This document shows, piece after piece, positions 15,869 to 31,155 of a stretch of DNA of 64,000 bases. Each line of letters opens with the position of its first letter. The first letter of the stretch is position 1. The DNA is taken from assembly GCF_009914755.1 (NCBI RefSeq), contig NC_060937.1; one strand, given 5' to 3'. The notes below the pieces were generated by a model. It worked only from the letters and a program-made list of their open reading frames with translations. It was not told the origin of the DNA and did no database searches. The position numbers and the translations under genes were made by a program. The stretch is from the human T2T-CHM13v2.0 reference genome, Homo sapiens.

Positions 15869-16872
15869 CTACCGGCTCTCCTCCAATCCACTCACTATGT
15901 TGCTACCAAATTAATATTCATAAAATAGCTTTTGTATTAAAACATCAAGTACTTGGCACCAAGCCTGATTGTGTGCTTCACACATACCTGTCAACTAACT
16001 TCAATTCAGTGAGGTTGATATTCTCTACAAAGAAGCAGAAGATTACAGGGGTTGACTTGCTCAAACTCTCCTTCCTATTGATAGGATTTAAACTTGAACC
16101 TCATTTCAGCCTACCATACCTTGGGTCATTCTCTGTTATAAAAAAACGAATGACCGAAAGTTTCACTGGTACCTCCCTGACAGTCGATGGACTCAAATCC
16201 TTGGGTTGGATTCGAAGGCCCTGAGTCTTCCCCTCCTTACTAACTCCCCATACTCCCCACATGAATGCCTCCGATAATTTGCTTAGCAAACACTCCCTTT
16301 CCTCTTATAGTTTAAATCTCTCTTCTCCATTGCGTCCCTCTCGAACTGCCAGATACTTGGATCTTCCTTAAATTAAATCACAACATTTTAGAACTGTAAA
16401 GGAACATGGCAAACAATGCCTTCATGTAACAGGTGAGGGAATGAGGCCCTGTGGGGAGGTGCCTTTCCCAGAGCCCATTGCAGAGCTGGAACTAGGTCCT
16501 GGTTCTCCTGGTCCTTGGGCCAGCACTTTCTCCACAAAAAACACCACCTCCCTTCATTTATTCCAAAAACTACACCTTCCTCTTGTGTGAAGGAGCCTTA
16601 TGGAGTGATGGAAATGTTCTAAAATGGGATTGAAGTGACAGCTGCAAAACTGTCTATTTACTAAAAATCACTGAATTGTACATTTAAAATGGGTGAATAT
16701 TAAAGTACGTAAATTATATCTCAATAAAGCTGTTAGAAAATAAAATCTTGCCCTTGGAGAATGAACTACACAATTAGTCAGAAGCAGGCTCCAGCACACA
16801 GCAGACAGTGGTGCATCATAGTTATCAGCCTACTGTTTGTCCTCAAGTTAAGGTCCCTGTCCTTCCTTAATC

Positions 16873-17168
16873 TTTTTTTGAGACGGAGTTTCGCTTTTGT
16901 TGCCCAGACTGGAATGCAATGGTGCAATCTTGGCTCACGGCAACCTCCGCCTCCGCCTCCCAGATTAAGCGATTCTCCTGCCTCAACCTCCCAAGTAGCT
17001 GGGACTACAGACGCCCACCACCACGCCCGGCCAATTTTTGTATTTTTAGTAGAGACGGGGTTTCGCCATGTTGGCCAGGCTGGTCTTGAACTCCCGGCCC
17101 CAGGTGATCCACCTACCTCAGCCTCCCAAAGTGCTGGGATTACAGGTGTGAGCTACCGCGCCCGGCCC
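16873..17168 (-). mobile_element. AluS
   Basis: TSD cctgtccttcctt. Confidence 0.9.
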
Positions 17169-17934
17169 CTGTCCTTCCTTTCATAGCAGCCATCTTACCT
17201 GCTAACACTGGAAGGTAAGCTTCCCGGGGACACCGGCTTTTGTATTTGGTCCTCTTCTCTGTCCCCAGTTTCTATAATAATACCTGGCATGTGGTAGGCA
17301 TATCAAATATTTGTCAAGTGAATGAATTTAAAAACATGCAAACCTCTTTTTCATCACTCGACCACATCGAACCTGGCTTGTTTTTCGAGGGAGGGGATGG
17401 CCAACCTGTCCAAAGTTCACAGATGCTTGGGGCAGAGCAGGGACCGGCCAGGCTCCAGAGTCTGTGTTCTAACCACTGCCCTGTGCTGCCTCCCATGAGC
17501 ATTGAACACACATTAGCTGGGAGTGCCAGCAAATCTGCAAGTAGTGAGATTACCTAGGTCCTAAGAGATGGCCACGTTGGTCAGTATCATTTCTTCATTT
17601 AAGAGAGAGCTGGGTGAATTGTTTTTAATGAAGATTAAGAAGGGTTTTGGAATAGCAAGGCTAAGTGTGAATACAGATTGCTGGCTGTGTAATGGTGAGC
17701 ACGTTACCTAACTGCTGAGTTGGCTTCTTCACAAAAATGAGGAAAAGACCACTGTCCTTGCAGGGTTACTGTGAATAGTGAACCAAACAATGTCTGTAAT
17801 GTACCCAGCACCCTACTTGGCATGCACTAGGCACTCAATAAATGCCAAATGACTGAAAGAAATTGGGGGGAGTTGGGGGCAACGTGGAAAAAGAATCATA
17901 GGAAAGGAGAGTAAGGAGATAATATGAGTAAGAC

Positions 17935-18276
<342 letters not shown>

Positions 18277-19777
18277 CTATGTAAATTTTAAACACACACA
18301 CACACACACTTGCAGGACAAGCATCTCGAAGGGCATATATTCAAAACGTTAAATAGACGTTCTGCGGGGAGAGGAATTCGAGTGAGCTGAAGGGGAATAC
18401 AGAACGAGGCTGGGGCTTGTATGAGCAGAGGGAGCTGATGCTGAGCCCTGAGACCTGAGATACCCAGTCCCACAGGCCTCTCTGTTTCTCTCTCTCACAC
18501 ACACACCTCCCCCAGACTTACGCAAGGACAAGCAAAGAAGGAAAAGGGCACCCTCTCTGCCCACTCAACTTTTGTTCCCAAACTCTCTGATGTTTTGTTT
18601 CGCTATCTACCAGCTGCTCAAAAAATCTACCTTCTGCTGGCTCCAGTGAGCCCCAAATCCTCCACGATTCCCCTAGGTCCTCCCTTGCCACAACGCCTTT
18701 GCCACCAGTCCTCCTTCCCCTCCTCAAATGCCAAGATTGCTTGTCAAGGCCTTATTTCTTGACAATCTGCCCACTGTCTGCTATTTCTAGCGAATACATT
18801 ATTAGATAAAGACTTCGGAATTTACATCTTCCTGGAGGAACTGTCTTGTATACAAGCATGCAGTTGGATCAGTTAAAAACAGAGGGCAGAGGAGCTGACA
18901 ATTTCTTCTGTCAAGCTTTTGAAACTAAGTTGAGGAACAGCAACATCCTCTGATAATAATGTCTGGTGATCTGGTAATTTGAATAAGAGCTTCTCACTCA
19001 CCCAGTTTCACACACATGTGTTCTATTCAACATCTCCAACTTCATTTCTTTTATGATATTCCATGTTTGCTTTCAGATAGCTTGGCTAGAGTGCACCTAA
19101 AATTTCTCATATATTGTATATGAACCTTGTGTGTTTAATTTTCATATTTTTGACAACCATATCAACAGAGCAATTTAAGATGAGCAAAAGGATGATGGTT
19201 CAGTTAATAAATCTGAGAAATGTTTTTCTTCCTTCTTCCTTGCCGAAGTGGTCAGCTTTTCATGGTGGCCACCCTTCCTCTAGTTTACAAACCTATATTC
19301 TGCCAACGTTAAGGAATAGCTGAATGAAAGCCAGAAAAGACGTTTCAAGAAAAGAAGGATACTGATGCAAAAATCCTCAACCAGAATACTAGCAAATTGA
19401 ATTCAACAGCACATTAAAAGGATTATATACCATGACCAAGTGGGATTTATTCCTGAAATGCAAGAGTGGTTCACATATGAAAGTCCATCAGTGTAATACA
19501 CCACATTAAAAGAAAGAAGGAAAAAGCCTCACGTGATCATCTTGGTGCAGAAAAAGCACATGACCAAATTCACACATTTTCACAGTAAAGTAATACTCAA
19601 CAAACTAGGAATAGAAGAAAAGTACCTCAACATAACAGAGGCCATACGGCATATGAAAACCCCACAGCTAACACCATACTCAAGGGTGCAAGACTAAAAC
19701 CTTTTCCTCTAAGATCAAGAAGAAGATAAGGATGCCAGCTTTCACCACTTTTATTCAATACAGTACTTGAAGTTCTA

Positions 19778-20088
<311 letters not shown>

Positions 20089-20475
20089 ATTATTATTATT
20101 ATTCCATTAAAATAGTATCAAAAGAATACTTATAAATAACCAATGAGACTAAACACTTGTACACTGAAAACTATAAAATATTGCTAAAAGAAATTAAAGA
20201 TGGCACAAATAAATGAGACGGCATCCCATGTTCACAGACTGGAAGACAATATTGTTAATTTGTCAATACTACCCCAAGCAATTTACGGATTCCACGTAAT
20301 AACTATTAAAATCCCATGGTATTTTTTGCAGAAATAGAAAAACCTATGGAAGAATACATATTCACCATCTCATAGGACCGTGAACAGCCAAAACGATCTT
20401 GAAAAAGAATAAAATTAGAAGACTTACACTTTGATTTCAAAACTTACTACAAATCTACAATAATCAAACAGTGTC

Positions 20476-20608
20476 GGCTGGCAGGGTAAATCATGCCTGT
20501 AATCCCAGCACTTTGGGTAGCTGAGGCTGGAGGATTGCCTGAAGCCAGGAGTTAGAGACCAGCCTTGGCAACATAGTGAGACCCTGTCTCTACTAAATAA
20601 ATAAATAA
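20476..20608 (+). mobile_element. FLAM/Alu left monomer
   Basis: Monomer with (TAAA)n tail. Confidence 0.8.
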
Positions 20609-21206
20609 GCTTATTTATTTATTTAAATACAGTGTAGTACTGGCATAAGGGCAGACATACAGACCAATGGAATAACATAAAGAGCTCAGAAATAAACCTT
20701 CACATATGTGGTCAACTGAGTTTCAACAAAGGTGCCAAGACCATTCAGTGGAGGAAAGGATGGTATTTTCAATAAATGTCACCAGGAAAACTGGCTCTCT
20801 ATATGCAAAAGAATAAAGTTTGACCCTTACCTAACACTGTATACAAAAATTAACTCAAAGTGAATCAAAGACCTAAATGTAAGACATAAAAATATAAAAT
20901 TCTTAGAATATAGGGCAAAAGCTCTGCAAAGTTGGATTTGGTAGTTATTTCTTGAAATGACACCAAAATCACATGCAACAAAAGAAAAAATAGGACTTTA
21001 TCAAGAGTAAAAACTTCTGTGCATCAAGTGACACTGTAAATAGAATGAAAAAACAACCCACAGACTGGGAGAAAATATTTGCGAGTCATATATCTAAAGG
21101 GATTAATATCCAGAATATATAAAGTATTTCTATAACTCAACAAAAAGCCCAATTAAAAAATGAACAAAGGACTTGAGTAGACATTTCTCTAAAGAAGATA
21201 TATACA

Positions 21207-21505
<299 letters not shown>

Positions 21506-22339
21506 GAAGATATATACAAATGGCCAATAAGCACATGAAAGGATGCTCAATGTCACTAATCATTACAGAAATGCAAATAACAATCACAATGAGATACCAC
21601 TTCATACCCTAATAATCATTAGGATGGTTGTCATAAAAATAAAGTGGAAAATAACAAGTGTTGGCAAGGATGTGAGAAACTGGAACCCTTTGGCATTGTT
21701 GGTAAGAATGTAAAACAGCCGCTATGGAAAAGTTTGTTCTTCAAAAAATTAAACATAGAATTATCATAGAATCTAGTAATTCACTTCTGAGTATATATCA
21801 AAAATAATTAAAATTCTTATTCAGTTCTTGTTGAGACTTGAAGACTTATACACCAATGTCCACACCGGCATTATTCACAATGGCTAAAAAGTAGAAATAA
21901 TCCAAGTGTCCATTAACTGATGACAGGATAAACAAAACATGGTCTATACATAGAGTGGAATATTATTCAGCCAGAAAAAATGTATGAAATTTGGATACAT
22001 GCTAATCCATGGATAAATCCTGAAAACATGCTAAGTGAAACACACCAGACAGAAATGGACATATACTGTATTCTACTTATATGAAGCAACTAGAATAGTC
22101 AAATTCATAGAGACAGACAGTGGAATGATGGTACCAGGGGCTGGATTGAGGGTGGGGTGATGAGGAATTACTGTTTCATGGGTACACAGTTTTTGTTTGG
22201 GATGATGAAAAGTGGATGAGGTAATAGTTGCACAACATCGTGAATGTACTTAATGCCACTGAATTATACATTTAAAAATTGTTAAAATGTTAAGTTGGTG
22301 TTACGTATATTTTACCACAATAGTAATGAACAAAAGAAT

Positions 22340-24660
22340 ACTTGAGGGGATTGGGTTCCCACAGGATAAATGGCAGCTACCCAAATTAGAATTTCCACAT
22401 CCACCAAAACAACCATACAGATCAACAGGGAGGACAAACTAAATTGCCCTGGCATACACTTGCAACATTATTAAGAGTCAGAGAATTTTATAAATTTCAA
22501 TTTAAATATGACTGCAGAAATAAAGGCCTGAGACCAGTAGATCCACCGTCTATACCAGAGTGGACAATCAGGTAAAGAATGCATAGAAGAGAGTTCAATG
22601 AGGTTTTGCTGGTGATGGATCAGTAAATGTCAACTAGAGCTCATTCCCAGAAGGAAAGGATCCCTCTCTCAGTAAAAACATTGACACCATGTCTGAAAAC
22701 TGAGGAGTCAAAGGAAGGGGCAGTCTTGAGAAAACATTAGTTCTAAAAGGATATCTTTGAAAAGAATATCTTGGAAGGGTAGAGGTAATGGAAGAGAAGA
22801 AAACAGCTAAAGATAAACATCCTCCTGAGACAAGATGATATAAACAAGTTGAGACAGACAACAAAGGCACCCTTTATTAAGGACACTGTACTTCACTATA
22901 GCAATGAAAGAGGAAGCTCTTGAACTAAGAAAACTGTTAAGACATGCAAACTCTTCCATTCTTCTACATAGGATTGTCTGTTATCACTGGTCCAGGCAAA
23001 TCCAACACAAATACTCATGAACAGAAAATGAAAAACAAACAAGCATTCATGTGAAGTTATTAATTAAAAAAATTATACATAAAACTTTTCAATAGATGAA
23101 ACCCAAAAGAGAAAGATTACAGGCACAGGCAAATGGTAACAAAACTAAAAGACGGATTAAAATAGAAGTAAAAATGCAAGTACTGATATGATAAACCACC
23201 ACTTATCATAAATACAAAAACTCAAATAAAAATGGAGGAAAAAAGTGAAACAAGAACTACTGAACTTAAATAAGCTAAAGCAAAAGGAAAATATTTCAGA
23301 AATAAAAATTAAATGTTGTTTGCAAAGGGAAATATGAATAACTGGACATACAATAAAAAACATAAAGGAAAGAAATTAAAAGTGCCAAAAAATTAAATAG
23401 AAATTAACAAAAGATGGTAACAGGATCAGAAAGCAATACGTATAGAAGATAAACAAGATCTAATACGCATACAATTTGAGTTCCTAAAAAAGGAAAGAAA
23501 AACAATGTTTAAAACTCATTCAAGAAAACTGCCTAAATACAAGCAGACTTGAATCTACATGATAGTATACCTGGAAAACTGACTTAGAGGAGTCAAGACA
23601 TAATCTTGCAAAACTATTGACTTTAAAAAGAAAAAAAAAAACCCACTGGACTTTAAGGCAAAAAACCAAGTCACTTACAAGGGAAAGAAATCAGGTTGGC
23701 TTCAGACTTCTTGACAATATACAAAACAAGAAAATAATGGAACAACGTTTTCAGGAAAACCTAAGAAAGAAGTGTGACCATGGTCATATGAAAATGGCTT
23801 TGTTCTTACAGGACACACACTTTAAATATTTAAGGAACATAGGGCATCATATCATAGCATCTTACTCTCAGAGGGATTCAGGAAAAAATGTCCCTTCTGT
23901 ACTTGCCAATTTTTCAGTGAGGCTGGATTGTTTCAAAATAAAAAGAATAGCAAAGAAAACCCTGAGAAAGAAGAGTGATGAGGCAGAGCTAGCTCTACCA
24001 TGTAGCCTAGATAAATACAACTGGATGGGTTTGGCACATCAATACAGATACACATGCTACAGAACAGGATCAAGAACTACATAAAAGTGACATCTGAAAT
24101 CACTGACAAGATGAACTTACTAATAAATGATTCAAACAACCAGGTAGCCATTTGGGAAACAGATAAATTTGGATCCATACATCTTTCTATATATCAGAAT
24201 GAATTCCAAATGGATCAATCAAATGTAAAGACATAGAACCCTTTAAATATTGAGAACATGAGTGAATCCTTTATAACCTAGTATTAGAGCAGTCTAATTA
24301 CGATTCAAAACAAGAAGTAATATAAGACTAATACAATTCTACCTCCTAAATGTCAAACTCTTCTACAAGGCAAAAAACATAAGCAGCAAATGACAAACTG
24401 GGAGATTATTATTTGCAGGTCTGTTTTCCGATATCTCAGGCTCACCTTGTACTCTCCCTTCAGTTTTGGAATCAACCATTTGTCCAAGAAAACTTTTGTT
24501 CCTTTGCACATTATATCACAAAATATAAAAAGCTCCCTAAAATATAAAAAGCTCTTAATAACTACCTATTTTTTTAGAAAAAAATAGGCAAAAGACACGA
24601 ATAATTCACAGAAAAAGTGCAAATGATCTTAACTACATGAAAAAAATGAGAAAAAAAAAT
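22340..24660 (+). mobile_element. Very old L1 (L1M-type) fragments
   Basis: A-rich strand bias and degenerate ORF1/ORF2-like motifs. Confidence 0.55.
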
Positions 24661-24704
24661 TGATGCCTTATCCATCGATGCTATCTTTACCATGCTCAAA
24701 ACTT

Positions 24705-24876
24705 ACAGACTATAATCCTATGTAGAAGAATGAAGAGTATGCATGTCTTAGCAGTTTTCTTAGTTCAAGAGTTTCCTCTTTCGTTGCTATAATTAAGTGC
24801 AGTATCTTTAATAAAGGGTGCCTTTGTTGTCTGTCTCCTGACTTGTTTATATTGGCTTGTCTCAGGAGGGTGTTTA
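24705..24876 (-). repeat. Inverted duplicate of 22814-22981
   Basis: Reverse complement aligns with about 14 mismatches and a few small gaps (~89%). Confidence 0.93.
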
Positions 24877-24884
24877 CTTACATA

Positions 24885-25632
<748 letters not shown>

Positions 25633-26163
25633 TGTTTCCGGAGGTTGTTCCTTCTGGTGGGTTCCTGGTCTTGCTGACTTCATGAAGGAAGTCACCTTCG
25701 CAATGAGTGTTACAGCTCTTAAAGGTGGCAGGAACCCAAAGAGTGAGCAGCAGCCAGATTTATTGTGAAGAGCAAAAGAACAAACCTTCCACAACGTTGA
25801 AGGGAACCCGAGTGGGTTACTGCTACTGGCTGGGAGGGTTTGGGGTGCGGGGTGATCAGCTTTTAATCCCTAATTTGTCTGCGCCCATGTCCTGCTGACT
25901 GGCCCATTTTACAGAGTGCTGATTGGTCCATTTTACAGAGTGCTGATTGGCCCATTTTACAGAGTTCTGATTGGTGCATTTTACAAACCTCTAGCTAGCC
26001 ACAGAGTGCTGATTGGTGCGTTTTTACACAGCACTGATAGGTGCATTTTACAAACCTCTAGCTAGCTACAGAGTGCTAATTGGTGCGTTTTACGATCCTC
26101 TTGAGACACAAAAGTTCTCCAAGTCCCCACTTGACCCAGAAGTCCAGCTGGCCTCACCTCTCA
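25633..26163 (-). mobile_element. LTR12-family (ERV9) solo LTR, LTR12F-like
   Basis: Minus strand starts TGAGAGGTGAGGCCAGCTGGACTTCTGGGTC; tandem CACCAATCAGCACTCTGTAAAA units; 4-bp TSD CTGC at 25629-25632 and 26164-26167. Confidence 0.88.
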
Positions 26164-26222
26164 CTGCTTTCCAGTGTATGTGTACTCACTGGACCCAGCA
26201 CTTCTTTTAAAAATGCCAGCAA

Positions 26223-26545
<323 letters not shown>

Positions 26546-27274
26546 TTAAAACAAAATTAGAGAATCAGCATTTTGTAACACCAAAGAAATAACTGATTTG
26601 GGCAAGTATAATTAATGGATAGGTTGTTAAGGAAAGGGATATTCAATTTGATGCCAAAATATCACCCCATAGAGCATTTGCTGAGTTCAAAGGGAAAAAA
26701 TGTATCTTTACAATGAAAAGATAACCAAGTGATTAAATTTAGCGTCACTAACAATGGAACCACCTGGCATTATATCCTCCCGCAGTAATTCAATATTAAG
26801 TACACAGCATCTTTCCTGAAATGCTAACTCTGAATTTCATCTAGTACCTACTTGACAGCAGGTACAGTAGACAGAGGAACAAGTTAAATTACACCACGAA
26901 GAAACAATCAGACAAAAGCAGAAAGTGGGAAAACTACAACTGGTCTGGTGCAAAAGGTCAATGCAGAGGGGAAGAGGTGACCGGCTGTTCAACACAGAGA
27001 CTGATGAGCTACAACCAAATGCAATGCACAAACCTCAGCTGGCTACTGACGCAAAATAGCAGGACAAAGGCCATTTGGGAACTAATGGAAAAACAGAAAT
27101 TTGTACAAATGGTTTCATCCCTCAGGAGGGGCACGGTTACACCACAGTAACAAAGAGCCCAAATTCTCAGTGGCTTAAAACAAAGGTTTATTTCTCACTC
27201 CCACTTGTATCACAATGTTTCAGAAGTGTGATGCTCCCTAGCCTGTTGCTCTTTATACAAGAGTAATTCTGAGG

Positions 27275-27574
27275 TGGGGCGTGGTGGCTCACGCCTGTAA
27301 TCCCAGCACTTTGGGAGGCCAAAGCCAGTGGATCACCTGAGGTCAGGAGTTTGAGACCACCCTGACTAACATGGAGAAACCCCGTCTCTACTAAAACAAC
27401 AAAATTAGCCCGGTGTGGTGGTGCATGCCTGTTATCCCAGCTACTCCGGAGGCTGAGGCAGGAGAATCACTTGAACCCAGAGGCGGAGGTTGTGGTGAGA
27501 CAAGATTGTGCCACTTTAACTCTGTCCTGGGAAACAAGAGTGAAACTCCGTCTCAAAAAAAAAAAAAAAAAAAA
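27275..27574 (+). mobile_element. AluSp/Sq-like
   Basis: acatggagaaaccc; TSD aagagtaattc/aagaataattc. Confidence 0.88.
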
Positions 27575-27907
27575 AGAATAATTCGGCATCCCTTTAAGAA
27601 CAAACAAGATGTTTACTGACCATGATGGGCGGTTTACAGCAGTGTTTCTCAAAGTATGATTCCCCAACCATTTGCATCACAATATCCAAAATATTGCTAA
27701 GTGCAAACAATTTATTGGTATGCAAATGATTTTAACTCCAGAGTCCCAACCCCTAACTACTGAATCAGAAACTGAACACCAGGGCTATAGAGTCTACTAC
27801 TAGCTTCTGAAAGTTCCTTTCAGTTATGCAGGCCACTATTTTATAAAAGTTGCCATTTAAATGGATATTTTACTTTCCTAGAAATAACTAGAGTAGCACA
27901 AATACTG

Positions 27908-27913
27908 TTTATT
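27908..27913 (-). terminator. Polyadenylation signal AATAAA (probable main MTMR6 PAS); a second AATAAA lies at 27711-27716
   Basis: tttatt on + strand at the end of the repeat-free UTR block. Confidence 0.7.
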
Positions 27914-28196
27914 AAAATGTCAAGGTTTCATGTTTACATTTTCTTATATCAAGTACAATGGTATATATACTTTTTTTTGAGATAATTATTCTAGATTCCA
28001 GGCTTTCTTCTAGATGTAAGTTCCTAAAGCTTATAGTTTACATTGATATCTAGACATATATCTTAAACAGTCTCCAAATTTTCTTTAATCAAAGTATGTT
28101 AATGTCACTTGGAATTCTACATGGAAAAGCCAACAAAATAACTAAAACTTGACTAATGAAGATCAGCGTCACTAATAAAAGTCTGCAACTGTAGTA

Positions 28197-28275
28197 TTAG
28201 GTTGGTGCAAAAGTAATTGCGGTTTTTGTCATCACTTTCAATGGCAAAAGCCCCAATTACTTTTGCAGCAACTAT
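28197..28275. mobile_element. MADE1 (Hsmar1-derived MITE) inside the MTMR6 3'UTR
   Basis: TTAGGTTGGTGCAAAAGTAATTGCGGTTTTTG...CAATTACTTTTGCAGCAAC inverted repeats, flanked by TA. Confidence 0.92.
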
Positions 28276-30894
28276 ATAGTTTTATAAATGATCAGCATTT
28301 AATCCAACTTAGCATGTCAACTGGAAATTTTTCAATATTTTAAAGCTGACCTTCTGCAAAAAATGTTTCAAAACAGGCTTGACTGACACCACCTCCCTGC
28401 TCTGCTACCCGACCAAATAAATTGAATTTGTTTTAAAAGAGTTCCCTTCATCTTTACTCAAGATTCCCTGAGCTACTTCTAGCCTAGCTGACCTTTTCAA
28501 AACACCCTCAATAAAATTATCCTCTTGTCAGCCAGTTATTTTCTTCCTCATATTTACATCCAGATCTGCCTTTGGAGAGACATTTCACCTCGAATGTTTG
28601 TACTCAATGGACCCTGCCTTCCATCAAGTTGGCAAGGGCACAAAAAAATAGTGATTGTAATATAAGCAAGTGACAGGAACAAAATGAAAACTTAATGACA
28701 TTATTACCTACATCTGATGGGCCTTTTAGCCCACTATACCTATTTTAAATATTCTGGAAATTATTTTTGTATGAAACAGGTATTATTTATCAACAAACTT
28801 TTGGAAAATAAACTCCTCAAACCTTATGCTGTTATGTTAATGTAATGGGCAAGTCTACTTGCCTAGGTGAGAAGAAAAAAAAAACAACTACAACTTGATT
28901 CCATTTGTTTTATCCAGAAGAAAAACATTCAAAGTAAAATGTGAACATTTAATTACCTTTAAATCATATATGAAATAATTTACATGCTATACACTTCCAA
29001 ACACACTGAACATAAATTCAACTTTATAAGACATATACACAGTCTGCTTTTGCCAACATATACCCTGTAGGTCACTTAAGATGTAACTGATTTCTCAGTC
29101 CACCTGTGAGCATATAAACACACAAATGTATGTCTGAAGTTGAAGATTAAGATAATAAACCAGAGTTGAATACAAGAAGTCAGCCACAGAAGATTCTAAA
29201 ACCACAATCAGTGACTGGAACACCAAGGCACAAAAACTTCCCTTTGTAGTCACAGAGATTAAGTTTCCATTCCCAGTGCTTAAATATGGAAGCAGGATTG
29301 GTTAATCACATACTATATTTTATAGTGCATTTCTGTTGCTGTTTAAAAAGGAATATTTTTTAAATTACATAATGTATTACAGAAAAGCATTGGAAAAATA
29401 AACAGGATAAGATAAGCTCTCATACAATAAAGTTTTTTTTGGTCTGAAAAAGATGTTTATATTCAAAACTAATATAATAGAGGTGTAACAGAAAGTAGCA
29501 TGAGGAACACTATGCAAATTGCCTAATACTCGAATTGTACTTCATGCCACCATGTTATTTAAATTTTCAATTTTAAAGCCAGTTGGGTGATATTGCTAAT
29601 TCCAAGTGATAGTTTTGGGGTTTTTATGTTTTGTTTCTTGTTTTTTGGTAATTTAAAGATATGTACTAGTACACAGAATAAACAGTAAATATAACATGGC
29701 AAAATGAAATCTTTCCCAGAGTTTATGTTGCTTTTGTTAAACAGTAACTTTGTACTAGAATCTCTTTTTTTTTCTATATTTAACAAGAAGAAAAATAATG
29801 CTCCACATAGAAATGACTTCAAAATTCATGCAACCATGCACAACCTAAACTATCTGTACTTCCCTTTTTTATTTACCCAAAAGTTTTTGAGTAAACTGAA
29901 AGTTAGATACTCCAGGAACAGCAACTCATTGAGCAATAAGGCAGTTTAAAAATATACATATACATGTACTATTCATTGTTTCTCAGAACAGTTTTAGAGC
30001 TTTAGCTCTTTAAACTTACACAGTTGTGAAAGAAATAAAGCCAACCACAAAATAAGAATCAATGGAATGCAGTAATCCATATATAAAAGACAGTCAAATG
30101 TGCTTATACGTATTCAAGAAATCAATATTCTAAGCTGTAAATAATAAATTATCAAATGTAGCACTAAACAAATTATGATCAGAATAAACCTTCAGTTTCA
30201 TTAATTTTGAATACAAAAGTGGGGCAGGCTAAACGTGAACAGTGTACTTCTACAAGTGTTTATATAGAAGTATTGTAGCATGCACCCCCAGCAGTAATGA
30301 GAGCACAATTCTTTACAAACAAAACAAGGCTGACCAGAAGAAAAACAAAACAAAAAATCTTGTTGTAGGCTGTAAAACTTAAGGGTAAAGAATCCACTGG
30401 GAATTTAAGGCTTTCTTAGAAATATTTTTCATGGCACTTTAACATTAAATATCACTAAAAGGCAAAATATGTAAATATTCATAGTTACAAAGCTACATAA
30501 TTGAAAGTACATGCCATATCATTTATTAAGAAACTATGTTGTCAAATTTTGTTTTCTTGAAGTTAAATTGTACTTAAGGAAGGTTATTTATGTTTGGCTG
30601 AATTAACATAAATCATAAACGTCAATTCACTAGTGTACAGTGCAAATTGTGTTTTGAGTAAATACATCAAATACCACTCATTTCTTACAGAACTGAATGT
30701 CATTCCTTGCTGGAAATGCAATTAAAATGACATATTTCTCTCACAAGGGTAGTTATTATCCTTCCTTCAACTATTAGCCTACTGTTAAACCCTAAAATTG
30801 TTATTAGACAAATTCCTTTTGGTTATGCTTACAGACCATCCTCACAATAATCCTTTTCTTGTACTGCAATCATTGCAGAAAAAACTCTATGAGT

Positions 30895-31155
30895 CTAACA
30901 AGTCATTCTTGCCACACCATACTCTAAGCTGACCACAGCAGGTTCTGATTTAGAAAACTCTTCTGCATATTCACTATAACGATTATCTGCCGGGCTGCTG
31001 CCCTCTATAGTTCGAAGAGCATCATTTACGGGTAGCAGAGTCTGCTCTTTAAAACACAGGGAAGTTTTGAGGTTAGGTGATTCAGGATGAACTGAATGTA
31101 ACAATTCCTTGGTGAGGATGCCATCTGTTTGCTTATTTTTGCGTTGTTTAATTTT
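30895..31155 (-). CDS. MTMR6: MTMR6 exon 14 coding part (KIKQRKNKQTDG...GVARMTC-stop)
   Basis: 261 nt = 86 aa + TAG (30895-30897); acceptor tgttctag; brings the total to 621 aa. Confidence 0.96.
   Translation of the reverse strand, partial: KIKQRKNKQTDGILTKELLHSVHPESPNLKTSLCFKEQTLLPVNDALRTIEGSSPADNRYSEYAEEFSKSEPAVVSLEYGVARMTC

Larger units (their letters stand above)
27885..30894 (-). other. MTMR6: MTMR6 3'UTR (~3 kb)
   Basis: AT-rich, almost repeat-free stretch from the stop codon to the AATAAA; repeat density rises abruptly left of ~27800. The cleavage site is estimated. Confidence 0.8.

Noticed and set aside
23617-24084. 155-aa plus-strand ORF
   Set aside because: Chance open frame across A-rich degenerate L1 fragments.
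25890-26095. Regularly spaced ~24-41 bp repeats resembling a CRISPR-like array
   Set aside because: These are the known tandem CCAAT units of the LTR12 U3 region, with no unique spacers.
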